This document shows, one piece after another, positions 1-12,408 of a DNA stretch of 64,000 nucleotides (its first letter is position 1; each line of letters begins with the position of its first letter). The notes under the pieces are model-generated. The model was given only the letters and a program-made list of their open reading frames with translations, did no database searches and was not told the DNA's origin. Both the position numbers and the translations under genes were made by a program. Where the stretch lies: assembly GCF_018977255.1 (NCBI RefSeq), contig NW_024704743.1, forward strand, positions 101,000,001 through 101,064,000, in the 5' to 3' direction. Source of the stretch: Callorhinchus milii. Lineage: Eukaryota.

Positions 1-1039
1 TGTTCCGATGACTTTTACTGGCAAACAGCATGACAGCTCTCAGCTTATACTGCATGCAGTATGACACGGGTGGATTCTGAAAAGCTTGCTCTTTTTCCGT
101 GTTCTGACCTTTTTTTTAAATTCTATCTCTTGCTGTTTCAAGCTGGAAAGGGAACATGTAGTCTCAAACAAAGTACCAGGGTGTGATACTAATTTGTGAT
201 GTACTGTGTGTGAAGCAGAAGTATTTAATTGATGCAAATTACTTTCTTAATTGTGTACAGAAGGGAGCTCGTGGAAGAAAACATCTCAGCAAGGATGTGT
301 GGCTGAGATGGGATTTAGCATTAAATGTATCTGGATGTTTTGCAGCAAGATACAGTACATAGCCTGGTTTACACTGACTGATAACCTCTGCTTCTTGTGT
401 CTCAATACACTGCTTTAATCCAACTCTATTTGAACATAGTCTGTGTCCCGTCCCCCGGCTGTAATTATGCATAAAATGGAGAGAGAAAAGCGAAAGCATT
501 TAATACAAATACGAGAGCATTTTAACATTGATTGAACAGCGTTTTCCCAATTGACAGATTGTTCTGTAGTCTCTTGACTGTCATCAGCTACAAAGCTTTT
601 AGGGAAAGGTTTGCCAGTGTTCACAATAGTAAATTGTGTGGTTTTAGCTTGCTAAACTCCAATAGTGCTCAGTCTGCAATCTAGGATCACCAAGCCTTGG
701 CTCTTGCTAATTTACACCTAAACTGTCTGGCATTAGGTAAGCAGAGTGTGACCCTCTGGACGAACTCAAGCTAGATATATGTGGTAGTTTGGTTTGGACA
801 CACATAAGCATGGTGATGGATTTCTACATGTGTCAGACACCCCGCTGACCAAAACAAAAATTAATACATACTTGGTATATAAGGGCGGAAAATGTCCTTG
901 CTAGTAATTTTCCAGATTAATTAGTTGTGCAATCCAAAGATGTTTATGGCAGTTTGCTGGTGCAAAAATGACTCCCATATCTGCCTACAAAAAATCACTT
1001 GCCATTAATTACTTGTGAAACACCAAGATTTTTTTCTGA

Positions 1040-1665
1040 CATAATCCATGTTTTTATCACCTCCAGGCTTGACTACGCCAATGTTCTGCTGGCCAGACTT
1101 CCTGCCTCTTCACTAAACAAGCTGCAGACCAGCCAGAACTCTGCAGTTTATGTTCTCTCCCACACCAGGCTCTGCAATCCTATCACCCCCATCCTCGCTC
1201 ACCACCACTGACTCCCCAATCCCACAGGATCAAGTTACGATCCTCGTCCTCACATTTAAAGCCCTCTGTAGTCGTGCCCCAACCTATCTCCGTGACCTTC
1301 TAAAACCTTACCGACGTGAAAGGCGCTATAAAAATGTAATTTTGTATTGTATTACCATCTCGCCCTCTACCTTTGCTCGGCTGGCACTGGCCTGTTTCAC
1401 ATCCTCTGCCCTTCAGCCTTTCTGTGCCCACTCACTAGGACTTCATCCCGGAATCCCTTAACCTTGCTCCTTCCTTCACCTCCATCAAGGCCTGTCCTAT
1501 GACCTTCCACTTTAACTGCAACTTCAGTCATCTTCCCACCATATCATCTTGGCCGCCACCCCTCCCAAATCTAACCCCCCGCTTGGGTGCAAACCCTCGA
1601 TTGTCCAGTGCCTTGGGATGTCCTCCTGATGTGAAAGGAGTTATATAAATGCAATGCTGTTCTTG
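1040..1665 (+). mobile_element. Old L2 3' fragment(s)
   Basis: IHVFITSRLDYANVLL...LQTSQNSAVYVLS peptide; two L2-type tails (~1310-1350 and ~1605-1665). Confidence 0.8.
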
Positions 1666-3020
1666 TTGTAAGACACTGTAAAAGTGCAAGTTCTTTATAT
1701 CAGATATACTATACTTATTATTTCCATTGACCATTCAATGGAAATGGTCAATCTGAAGTTGACTGAAGAGGTGAAGAGCTGCTAATGAACAAATTTGGTG
1801 AGTGTTATCATAGGTGGAAGAGCACAAGAGATGTCTAAATCTACAAATTGCAAACCTCCTGCTTTGATTTGTCAATATGCAGTTTACAAGGGATCTTCTG
1901 CCTCAGGAAACAGAAAGAGAAAAAAACAATTTGTGTACATTACAAGGAAAACAGTGGATGTCTGAGAGCGTGTTGCAAGTTGTGAGATATTTTGTAGGGA
2001 TTCAAATATGCGATATCCCATGAGAACACTCTATAGCACTTTACATTCATCTCTACCGAAGATTGTGTTGCAGCCTTGAACTCACTACCAGCAATCCTTC
2101 ATATTTTTTTCATGTTTTTATGTGTTAGTTTTTCTGTACTTTCCCATTTCAGCTTTACTGTTGCCTTCCTACCTTTCTTCCTATCATTAACAACCGTGTA
2201 AAAACATTTAATTGACTATGCCTTTGGACACTTTTAAATTTCTTTTTTCTCTACTCAGTGTGCATCATTGTTTGCTTTTAGCCATTCTTTTACATGAAGG
2301 GCTCTAAATAAATACAGTGGTTCTTTGTGAAACTTTACTGGTACAAATTACTCCATGGCTGTTTGTGCAACATTACTTGTGTGCAAATTAGTTGCTGTGT
2401 TTGCCTGGAAAAGACAGTCACTACACAGCAGTGCATCCTGTAAAACACTTTGAAACATCCTCCTGACATTAAAGACACTGCGCCAATTGCAAGAAATATT
2501 ATTATTATTATATTACAGCATTCACTTCATTTCCAATTAATCTCAATTTGCGAAGTGCTAAGAGACATTTCCTTCATATGAACGACACAATATAATAATC
2601 CTTAATAATAATAATCATCCAAGTTGATACATTAACTTTTACATCAGGAGGATGGAAAGTGTAAAGTGAAGTGACTGTATATTTTGTGGGTGAAATAAAT
2701 ATTTTGTAGGCAATACACATAAGTATAAGTTGCTGTTGTATTTCACTGACAGTTATTTCTGCAGTTCTCTGGTTTTATCTCTTTAAAAAGGGTGATTTGA
2801 AACATTTTGACACATTCCCATTCTTCAACTTGTCACCTGATAGGAAAGGCTCTTAACAAAGACAACTCGCTCTGTTTTTGTGAGTTATATCATATATGAA
2901 TAGAAAGCAAAAGAATATCATTGGATATGTCATTTGAAACTTTCCAGGTTTTCTTTAGTTAAGCTTTCATCCACAACCTTGTCTGATTTCCACCCTCAAT
3001 TTAATTTGCTGCAATTTAAG

Positions 3021-3860
3021 ATAATAATAATAATAATAATAATCCTTGCATTGATATAGCGCTTTCCACGTTTTCTAGACAACAACAACAACAAGGTTCC
3101 ATTTATAGAGCGCCTTTCACGTCAGGAGGACGTCCCGAGGCGCTGGACAGTTGGGTCAGGACCCGAGCAGTGGGTAAATGGTCAGGGTGAGGGGAGGGAA
3201 GGGAGGGAGCGAGGAGGAGAGTCGAGAGGGGGGCTGAAGGCACGGTCAAAGAGAAAGGTCTTGAGACCGGCCTTGAAGGAGGAAAGGGAGGAGGCGGCGA
3301 AGGCACTGGGGGATGGAGTTCCAGAGCCTCGGGGCTGAGAGGCTGAAGGCCCGACCACCGATGGTAGGGCGGTTGGGGCGGGGGATGTGGAGCAGACCGG
3401 AGCCAGAGGAACGGAGGGTACGGGCAGGTAAGTAGGGGATAGTAGGTCGGAGAAGTAGGAGGGAGCGAGGCCGTGAATGGCCTTGTAGGTGAGGATGAGG
3501 ATCTTGAATTCGATCCTCTGGGGGATGGGAAGCCAGTGGAGGCGAGCGAGGGTGGGAGTGATGTGGTCGCGAAGAGCTTCACACGCTTGATAGACATCTC
3601 AAAACGCTTCACAGAATATACTGCAAAGTGAATTGACTGTATATTTGTGGGCGAAACCCGGCAGCCAATTGCACACAGCAGTGTCTCACAAACAGTTGTG
3701 GTTTGAGTGACCAAATTATTATTTTATTTTTATTTTATTTCTTGAGGGATTATTATCAGGCATATGGAGTAAGGAAACTTGCCCAAGGTTCTGCCCTTCG
3801 GGAATCGAACCCAGATCTCTTGCTTGCGAGGCGAGTGTTCTAACCACTGAGCTACAGCTG
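3021..3860 (-). mobile_element. tRNA-derived SINE, short form, split by an L2 insertion
   Basis: Tail at 3021-3081; body and head at 3591-3860. Confidence 0.88.
3082..3590 (-). mobile_element. Young L2 LINE 3' fragment nested in a SINE tail
   Basis: L2 ORF2 C-terminal region, stem-loop tail and (TTG)n; TSD tagaca at 3076-3081 / 3591-3596. Confidence 0.9.
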
Positions 3861-6800
3861 AGGACACCACAACCTTTGAAATAGATATCATCAGCAGTTG
3901 ACATCAATAACATATTCACATCAAATCTTTTTAAAAAAAACTGTTTTAAATAATATCTCAATTAGAAAAGCAAAGGTTCAAGCTATCAGCTCTGTAGTAT
4001 CACTAATTATCGGTCAAAATCATTTTTCCACCCAAAGAAAAACATCTGCATTTTCCTACTTATTTTACTAAACTCCTCCTATTCCACTTTCTGTGTATCA
4101 TTGTTTTAGTCTGATAGCGTTTTCTGTCAGGAGGATGTCTCCAAGCAATGCACTATATTTTCTGCTAGGTGTAGTCACTGTATATTTTGTAGACAAACTT
4201 GGGAGCCATTTTACACACAACAATGTTTCAAAAACAGCCATGGCATGAATGACTGGTTTTATTTTGGGGACTAATGGCCATAAATCCTGGAGAAAATCCC
4301 TTCAATTTTCGAGTCGTGCAACGGGATATTTAACGTCCTTCTGAACAGGCAGACGAGGTCTCGGTTTAATGTTTTATCCGAAAGATGGCACCTTCCACAA
4401 AACAGCACACCCCTAGCACTGCATTGGATCATCAGCCTTGACTGTGAGTTCAAAGTCCCGACATGGGTTTTGTACATCTGATTCTGAGGCAAGCGTACTA
4501 CCAACTGAGCAGATGATACAAAATAAAAGCCAGGCATTAATTTCTGTGATCCTCAGACATTTCTAAAGTTGTTTAAAGGGAGAGTTTAAATCTATGCAAA
4601 ATAATGATATAGTAGCAGTTGAGGGAGCATCAGGAGCTGTAATACCACAGCACTGACGATAATCACAAGCTATCTTAACCTCTGAATAGCCTATCATCCT
4701 GGGTTAGTTGGTAGCACTCTCATCTCTGAATCATATGTCACATTTGGAGGGGGCTAGAAGATGAGATATTAAACCAAGGTCGTGTCCATCTGTTACAGGT
4801 GAGCATTAAAGATCCCTGGGCAGTACTCAAAAAATGAAGAGAATTTCTCCTGGTGTCCTAGCCAACAAGCCCCCAGGAAAAAAAACATCATTCACTTCAT
4901 GTCTGTTTGTGGGACATTGCTGTGTGCAAATTGGTTTCCTCAAAAAACACAGTAAATCTTTATAGTAAATCATATGAAACACTTTGAGATGTCCTGACAT
5001 GAAAGGTGCTATATCAAATGAAGGACTATTTGTTAGTTTTATTACTGAAACAGAGACAGGAGATGAAAAAGAACAGAGAGAGAGCGAGGAAGAGAACAAG
5101 AGACAGAGAGAAAATAGAGATGTCTAATTTACACTGCACTTTTCAAGGTGAATTGCCATGACAACCCATATAAATTGTGGATGTGCCAAGTGATTGGCAG
5201 AAAATCACACTGGAACTAGCTGCTAATACCACTTGTAGGAGTAGTTTAGGTAGCACTTTGATTCACAAATGCAGGTAAGGGTGAGTCAATTCAGCTTTAA
5301 TTTAAAAATCACCCCTTTTAAAAGGTCTTAGACATCGAATGTACCGATTAAGGACAATTTCTTAGCAAAGGCAGAATTAGACTCTCGTGGACTTTCCAAA
5401 AAGACTTAAGGAACTATTTTCAAACATAAATTAAAAAGCTATGTCTTGGTCTGTAGGACCCAGGGCAACAACAACAACATGCATTTATATAGCACCCTTC
5501 ATGCCGGACTGGGTCTTGGAGCGCTTAGCCAGGTAACCAGCAGTAGCCAGGTCACAGACAACAATAATAATAATAGTAATCATAATCGTTGCATTTGATA
5601 TAGCACCTTATCACAGCTTCAAGATGTCTGAAAGCGCTTCACATAATGTACTGTAAAGTGAATTCTGTGTTCACACAAGGTTTGAATATGGTGTTAGTTG
5701 ATCTCAGCCAGGACAGCAGTTGGATATGACATATCGTCTCAGTACTCCTGGGTAAGGGAGGGGAATTCAGCATGATTCCTGCTTTTGATTATTGTTTATG
5801 ACACTTTCTATGTGTGGACATCATGAGGACAGGAGCTGGTTTGACTGTATTGTCCTTTATGATTGAGTATCTTGTGAACATTCACATTTCAATAATGGCC
5901 ACTTGGTTACGTGCTGGAGACCACCTGTGGAATATATCCCAGCAGAAGGGTAAAGGAGTCAATAAGGGGAGGAGGAAAGAAAGAGGAGGGACATAACATT
6001 AAATACTAACATTAACACTGGAGACCTGTGCATACATGTCGAATTCCCTTCAGCCCTGAGTGAGAGCAATTAGGAACAGAATAAATCCTGCTCTCAGTTC
6101 GAGAGTTGCATCAGATCCGATAAGAGACATGCAGCCAGACCACCTTGCTTAGGAGTGCCAAGAATACTTAGGATTTGTGTCACGATGTTTACAACACCAT
6201 GGTACGCCTATTGCTGATAGATAAATTGTCCTGCTGTAGATAATAATAATAATACTTACATTTGTTATAGCACCGTATCAAGTCGTTGAGACTTCTCAAA
6301 GCGCATCACAGGATATACTGTAAAGTAGATTGACTGTGGATTTTGTGGGTGAATAGAAGAGGTTAAAGGTTTATCTTCAATATATTTGATAGCATTTCAC
6401 CATTCTCATGTCAGGGCACACTCTCTGCCACTGAGGTGGTTTTAGAATGTCTTAATTGAGTTGGGGTTCTCTTCTTTATATCCACCATTTAGTCTCTCTG
6501 CATACAATCTCCAGCGTAAGGTACAATCTGCGTAGCACAGACACAGATACAGTATAGCTTTATGAAGTTTGCCAATTGTCTTCTCAAAACAAGGAACTCT
6601 TGAGAGATGAGCAGGTGAATATCATAATCATTGAATAGGGCTCAAAATTAAGCCACATAAACAGTTCCTAATTAAAAATCCATATCTACACTTAATGAAA
6701 TATCACACGTATTGACCTTAAGATCTATATTGATCAATTCAAACCTGTTACATGTTGACTGTATTGAGAGGTAGTTTAATTACAGAGGGACAAGATGGTT

Positions 6801-8234
6801 TTATTTTGAAGAAAGAACAAGACAGCAGATAATTGTAATAAACAGAAAAATGTTTTTACTAATATTAAACGTTTTGATTAATATCAAAAGTCCAAGGATA
6901 GTTGAGTGCACACTTTTAGCAACATCAAAGGTAATGAAAGCAGGATTCTGGCTACTATATTGAGTGAGACTCTGCCCTTTAGAATGAAGGAATTGATGGG
7001 AATCGTGCAAACATTTGTTTCTAATCTCTTCCACATGCCGCAAAATAAAAGGCATTGGAACAAGTGCGGCAACAATAACAATTTACATTTATATAGCTTT
7101 GTCAAGTCAGGAAGACATCTCAAAGCGCTTCGCACAGCTTACAGGAGGACCTGAGCTGGGGGAGAGGAGATAGACACAGACAGCATCACCAGTCATCCTT
7201 ATGCAAAATGTACCATTCGTGTGTTCAACAATTATTCGGTGTATGTTTTGCATCCAGTGTAAAATAAAATTTTACCAATTAATCATCTCAGTGCAAATTT
7301 TCTAACAACCGATAACTTGATCCAGTCTTTTTTTAAAAAAAAAACATATTGAATTCAGAAATCAAGCACAGCTAAGCCTACATTCGTATTGTTACATTTA
7401 TATTCAAAACAGTTACCAGCTTTGCTAGACAGGGAGACCCAAAAAGTCGTGATTCCATTTCTTTTAATAAAAACAAACAAAAATATCATTTAAAAAAAAA
7501 AGATTTATAAGACATTATAATGGTATATCAGGACTTTTTGGTTACCCTGGACATTGAATCAAACCCCTTGCACATGTTAGATCATTTAGAAGAGGAGTTG
7601 GTGCAGAGCAGCAAGTGATTATTTCTCAAATCATGTATTGATTGAGCTTTAAATTAAGCTTTCGACTCTATGTTTAAATATTGAACGTCAATCCATCATT
7701 TATTTAGTGTTATTGTTTACGTGAAAAGATGTTCCATTCGTTAAATGACGACATCAGCTCCAGCGATACAAAAGGCATCAGAGGACCATTCAGCTCTGGA
7801 AATATACTGTTTGGAAAGCACTCACTTTCTGAAGCCTTGCACTGGGGAGTGCAAGTCAAAAGCAACACCACAGTAAATGCGCCCTAATTGTTGCAGAAAA
7901 GGCTAATAACTGGGGTACATTTTTTGTGATGCTATTGCAAAATCGTTTTGCACACAGTCCCGCGCCTGCAAACGTGCATTACCGGTTCCGTGTTTGCAAT
8001 ACTCATCCTTGTTCTGGTGTTATCTCTTTTTTTTTCCAAAAAAACACGCAAGTCAGTCACTGAAGCTCTTTACTAATGCAACAATTGCAACGGTCCAATC
8101 CCCGTTAAAACCCCCGAACCTCAGGACTTGGCACTGGACAGAGAGCGAAACTGTTTGAAATGCTTCAATACCCACAAAGTGATCGCCTCCAGAAAACGGT
8201 TCGATGGAAGTTGGGGGATAAGAAACCAGCGACT

Positions 8235-8623
8235 GGGGGGGGGGGGGGGGGGGTTGGGGAGGGGGGGGGGTGGGGAGGGGTTGTGGGGGTGTGGGGGTTT
8301 GGGGAGGGGGTGTGGGGGTGTGGGGAGGGGGTGGGGGGTTGGGGAGGGGGTGGGGGGGTTGTGGGGGTGTGGGGGTTGGGGGGGGGGTTGGGTTGGGGAG
8401 GGGGTGTGGGGGTGTGGGGAGGGGGTGTGGGGGGGTGTGGGTTGGGGAGGGGGTGGGGGGTGTGGGGGGTTGGGGAGGGGGTTGGGGAGGGGGGGGGGGT
8501 GGGGGGGTGGGGGTTGGGGAGAGGTGTGGGGGGTTGGGAAGGGGGGGGGTGGGAGTTGGGGAGGGGGTGGGGGGGGGTGTGGGGGGTTGGGGAGGGGGTT
8601 GGGGGGGTGGGTGTGGGGGGGGG
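8235..8623 (+). repeat. G-rich degenerate tandem repeat (units like gtgggggg(t)tggggagggg), G-quadruplex-prone
   Basis: About 390 nt made almost entirely of G runs separated by t, tt, tgt or a. Source of the spurious Gly/Pro-rich ORFs. Confidence 0.95.
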
Positions 8624-8695
8624 TCACCAACAATAAAGAAGCATTGTCCAAAATGGCAGCAATTGCAAACACTCGGCAGAACCATCAGCACTTAC

Positions 8696-8825
8696 CGAGA
8701 GGAGAGCCCTCTCTCGCCGAACTCGGGTCTCGAAAGTCCGACGGGGGGAGTGGGTTCGAGGACGACTGTGAGAGCTGAGAGCGGAGCTGCGGGTCAGAGC
8801 TCTCGGGGCTGCACACAGCGCGGGG
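8696..8825 (-). other. Putative second 5' exon (130 nt, no ATG)
   Basis: Acceptor cgcctcctccacag (8826) and consensus donor TCG|gtaagt (8695-8690). Confidence 0.55.
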
Positions 8826-8962
8826 CTGTGGAGGAGGCGGTGCGGGAGTGATGGGCAGCGGTCAGCGCCCGAGCCCCAGAGCAGCCCCTCAGGGCTCAGG
8901 GGGACCACCGGCCGTCCGCCAGTTTCCCATCGTCGGTGGTGGTCCGGAAAGAAATAACTCAC

Positions 8963-9250
8963 AAGTCGCTGCTCACGAGAGATCATTTGCTCGGGTGGGG
9001 GGGTGGGGGGGGGGGGGGGGGAAAGGGGTGGATCTGGTGTGTACCTCCACCACCACTCCTCCTCCTCCTCACTCCCTCTCTCCCTCTCTCCCTCCCTCCC
9101 AGAGTTGGAGCTGTGCTCCTCGCAGTCTCTGCTGTGGCTGATGTTTCCCTGACTCTACCGGTTGCTACGAGACCAGCCGGTGACACACTGAATTGCTGCA
9201 GGATGTGAATAATTGCCTTCTTTAAACTCTCCCTTGGAGTACGAAGCCTC
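8963..9250 (-). other. Putative first exon (5' boundary unknown)
   Basis: Donor CTT|gtgagt at 8962-8957 within the CpG island. The start coordinate is a guess. Confidence 0.4.
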
Positions 9251-9456
9251 CCCGCCCCCTCCCTGCATCCATCCATCTGCACAGTGTCACTCCATCCCTA
9301 CCCCCCCCACCCCCCCCCACCCCACCCCCTCCCACTGGGGCGAATGCTGGGCTTTTAACTCTGGCATTAAACCGGACAGGTGTGGAGATCAAATGCACCA
9401 TCTAATGAACCACCAGCTTTTTTAAAAAAAAGAAACACTACACCAGGTACAGATGC

Positions 9457-9481
9457 AGACACACACACACACACACACACA
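9457..9481. repeat. (CA)n microsatellite
   Basis: About 12 CA units read directly. Confidence 0.95.
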
Positions 9482-11816
9482 GGCTCCTGCAAAAGCACCG
9501 GCTGCTCTGGCACCACGTTAGCCATTTGCTCTTGCAACTGGACAGGAACTTTTTTGGAAACCACGGGACACTCGCTTTGCACCGGTAAAAGCACAGTTAA
9601 ACAACTCGATTTGAGTTGCTGAACACAGCGCCCCCCCCCCCCCCCCCCCCCCCACACCCCCACCCCCTTCCTGGCAAATTCACTGAAACATTAAAGCAAA
9701 TTGAAAATGACATGTCCTGCAGATGCAATGTGAGATCCTTGCAATTGCATTGTATCCGTTATACACATGAAACATACGTGTTATTAAAGATCCGAAGCGT
9801 CTATTCGTACGTGGGTGTTTATAAATTTACACAGACATTTCGGACACTTTGCACCTTTTATAGTGTTTATAAATGTGCAAAGTGTATTCGAAGCAAATCA
9901 GTTTATCCTTAAAGCAGTGGATTTGAACAGACAGCTGCCGACACAGGCGTGTGTTGGAGAGCAAACTCACTGTTGCACGAAAACCCCCATAATCATCACT
10001 TAGAATAATGCTGAAAAACATTCAATTCTTCTCTGATCTATTTATGTCACGGGTGTCATCACGACCTAATTTGCACTTTATTTCACCACCCATCGCCTGC
10101 ACTGTCGAGACTCAAATAAACATTTTATCACAAAACCTGTACAGCTGAATAATCCTGAGGATTTCTTTTTGCACTGTCATCCAAATTTGTTTCTGCAACA
10201 TATGCTCAGAAATATAATCTCCCAACACCTACAGGAATAGCCGCAATAATATTCAGAGCCTTTTGAGGATCTCATAATCTGCAAGGATTTTTTTTTTCCG
10301 TTTGTAACCTATAATTATTTTGCTTTGATAATGATCTTGTTATTTCAGTTCCTGAGCCTGTCTGTCACTTCATCTCTCAGTGTATATAAGTGATTTCTTT
10401 TTTTTTGAGCTCATGGCATGACATAGCAATAAAATTATTGTAACTAAAAATAAAATTGGATGTAAAATGTAAGATTTCTAATGGTATATTCCTTAATAAA
10501 GAATTCGACTTGCGTAAATAATGATTCCCTCCAATAGCCAGAAGTATATCACTCTGATCTGCTGGGACACTGCTCTGATTCCATGTACTGCTGGAGCAGA
10601 GCTGCAGTGGATTGGAGAAATTTATACCAACAATTTATATGTATATACAGTTGATCCCAAGGCGGGTGGGTGTTAAAGAGGGTGGACAAATAAATTTATA
10701 ATAATAATTCTTGCATTTCATACAGCGCCTTATTATGTTGTTGAGATGCCTTAAATCACTTCACAGGATTTTACTATGAGGAGTAGTGTCTCTGTATTTG
10801 TAGGCAAACTAGGCAGCCAATTCATGCACAGCAATACCCCAAAGCAGCCATGAAGTGACTGACCAATTTTATTTTAATTTCATAAGGATTCTGATCGAAA
10901 CACTGCATTTTAGACCTCAGTGTCCTTGTTCAACATAAACTGATATTACTACAGTACACACATATCCACTAAAATGTGTCATAATTTTTAACAATAAAAT
11001 AATGCTATATATATATATAATACTTGAACCTAAATATACTTGGGTGTTCAATTTTCCATTTTTAAAACATTTTCGTGGTATATGTTTCTATAAATAGGGA
11101 GCATGTGGAACAGATTCGCTGGCAAAATGCTGTGTGAACTAATTCTTCAAAAAAGCTAAAGCTATTTGGTTGGGAATGGAATTGCAAATTACTGTGTAGG
11201 TTTAGGTGGAGACAGATTAGAAAACATTCCAATAATTTGTGCGCTGCTGGCAATGGAGATGAGATATGTTATCCTTAGGGTAGAATGTAAGGCAATCATC
11301 CCATCTCAAAGCATAGGTAGAGACTATTAACTACTTGAAGCATTGTATTCACATTAATGGTCATGCAAACCATTCGGTGAATTATTACCTTATTACTCAC
11401 TGAGAGGCATCTCTGTAAAGCATATCACTGTACCATGTCAACTTAACCGCAAAGTAACTTGTAATACTATAGGACTCACCACATAATGTTGTATAATATC
11501 AGGGCTTCTTTCATAATCTGCAATAATAATAAGTGCCTAGTTCCTCCACTTCAACTTTGCAGCTGTCTTCTCAGGATATTTTGTGCATAACAACCAAATC
11601 ATGAAAAATTATTTTGATGCCCTGCTTCCACTGCTGGAACCAAAGAGATACGACTTAAAGCAGGCAAGGAAGTGATGGAGTAAAGCCTGCCTTGTACTTT
11701 TCTTTTCATAATATAATGCATTGGACATGCTCAAGGAGAGTTCTGCACATATGCACATAGGTCTCTAAGCGAATGTAGAGACTTTTTGGTGTACAGTTTC
11801 AACATTTTAATGTTAT

Positions 11817-12408
11817 ATTGAGGCTCGACTACGCCAGGTCCTTGCTTGTCGGCCTTTCCAACTCTTCTCTCCACAAGCTGCAGATCATCCAGAACTCTGC
11901 AGCTCATGTCCTCTCCTGCACCAAGCTCCATGACCCTATCACCCCCACCTTCACCCGGCTCCACTGGCTCTCCATACCCCAGAGCATTGAGTTCAAATTC
12001 CTCATTCTCACCTTCAAGGCCCTCCATGGCCTTTCTTCTTCCTACCTCTGTGACCTGCTGACACCATATCAACCTGTCCACTCCCTCCGCTCAGCAGGCT
12101 GCAGCCTGCTCAATGTCCCCTGCCCGGCCCACCCTACCATTGGTGGTCGGGCCGTCAGCCTCTCTGCCACCATCCTTTGGAACTCCATCCCACAGTCCCT
12201 TTGCCTAGCTCCCTCCCTTGCCGCCTTCAAGGCATGTCTCAAGATCTTCCTCTTCAACCGAGCCTTCGGCCACCATCATATCCTCCCTGCCCTCCACCCT
12301 ACCTGATCTCAGCCCTCCTGCTTGGGTCCAAATCCCTGACTGTCAAGCGCCTTGCGATGTCCTCCCAAAGTGAAAGGGCGGAAAACAAATGTAATTTTGT
12401 ATTGTATT
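11817..12408 (+). mobile_element. L2 LINE 3' fragment
   Basis: ORF RLDYARSLLVGL...LQIIQNSAAHVL...ITPTFTRLHWL...FKFLILTFKALHG, typical of the L2 ORF2 C-terminus, plus tail. Confidence 0.92.

Larger units (their letters stand above)
8670..9330 (-). promoter_or_regulatory. CpG-rich promoter/first-exon region of a minus-strand gene (possibly TMEM200C by synteny)
   Basis: The only CpG-dense non-repeat segment in the window, with two consensus minus-strand donors. Gene identity rests only on the recalled order L3MBTL4-TMEM200C-EPB41L3 in other vertebrates. Confidence 0.65.

Noticed and set aside
40..624. Three adjacent minus-strand ORFs at the left edge, considered as a TMEM200C coding exon or pseudogene
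   Set aside because: Short, in different frames, and lacking the TMEM200 N-terminal motif I recall (MIATGG...).
5152..5165. RFX X-box-like attgccatgacaac
   Set aside because: Two mismatches to the consensus palindrome and no supporting context.
8053..8851. Long Pro-rich/Gly-rich ORFs (158-216 aa) on both strands
   Set aside because: Artefacts of the G-rich repeat, which lacks stop codons in most frames.
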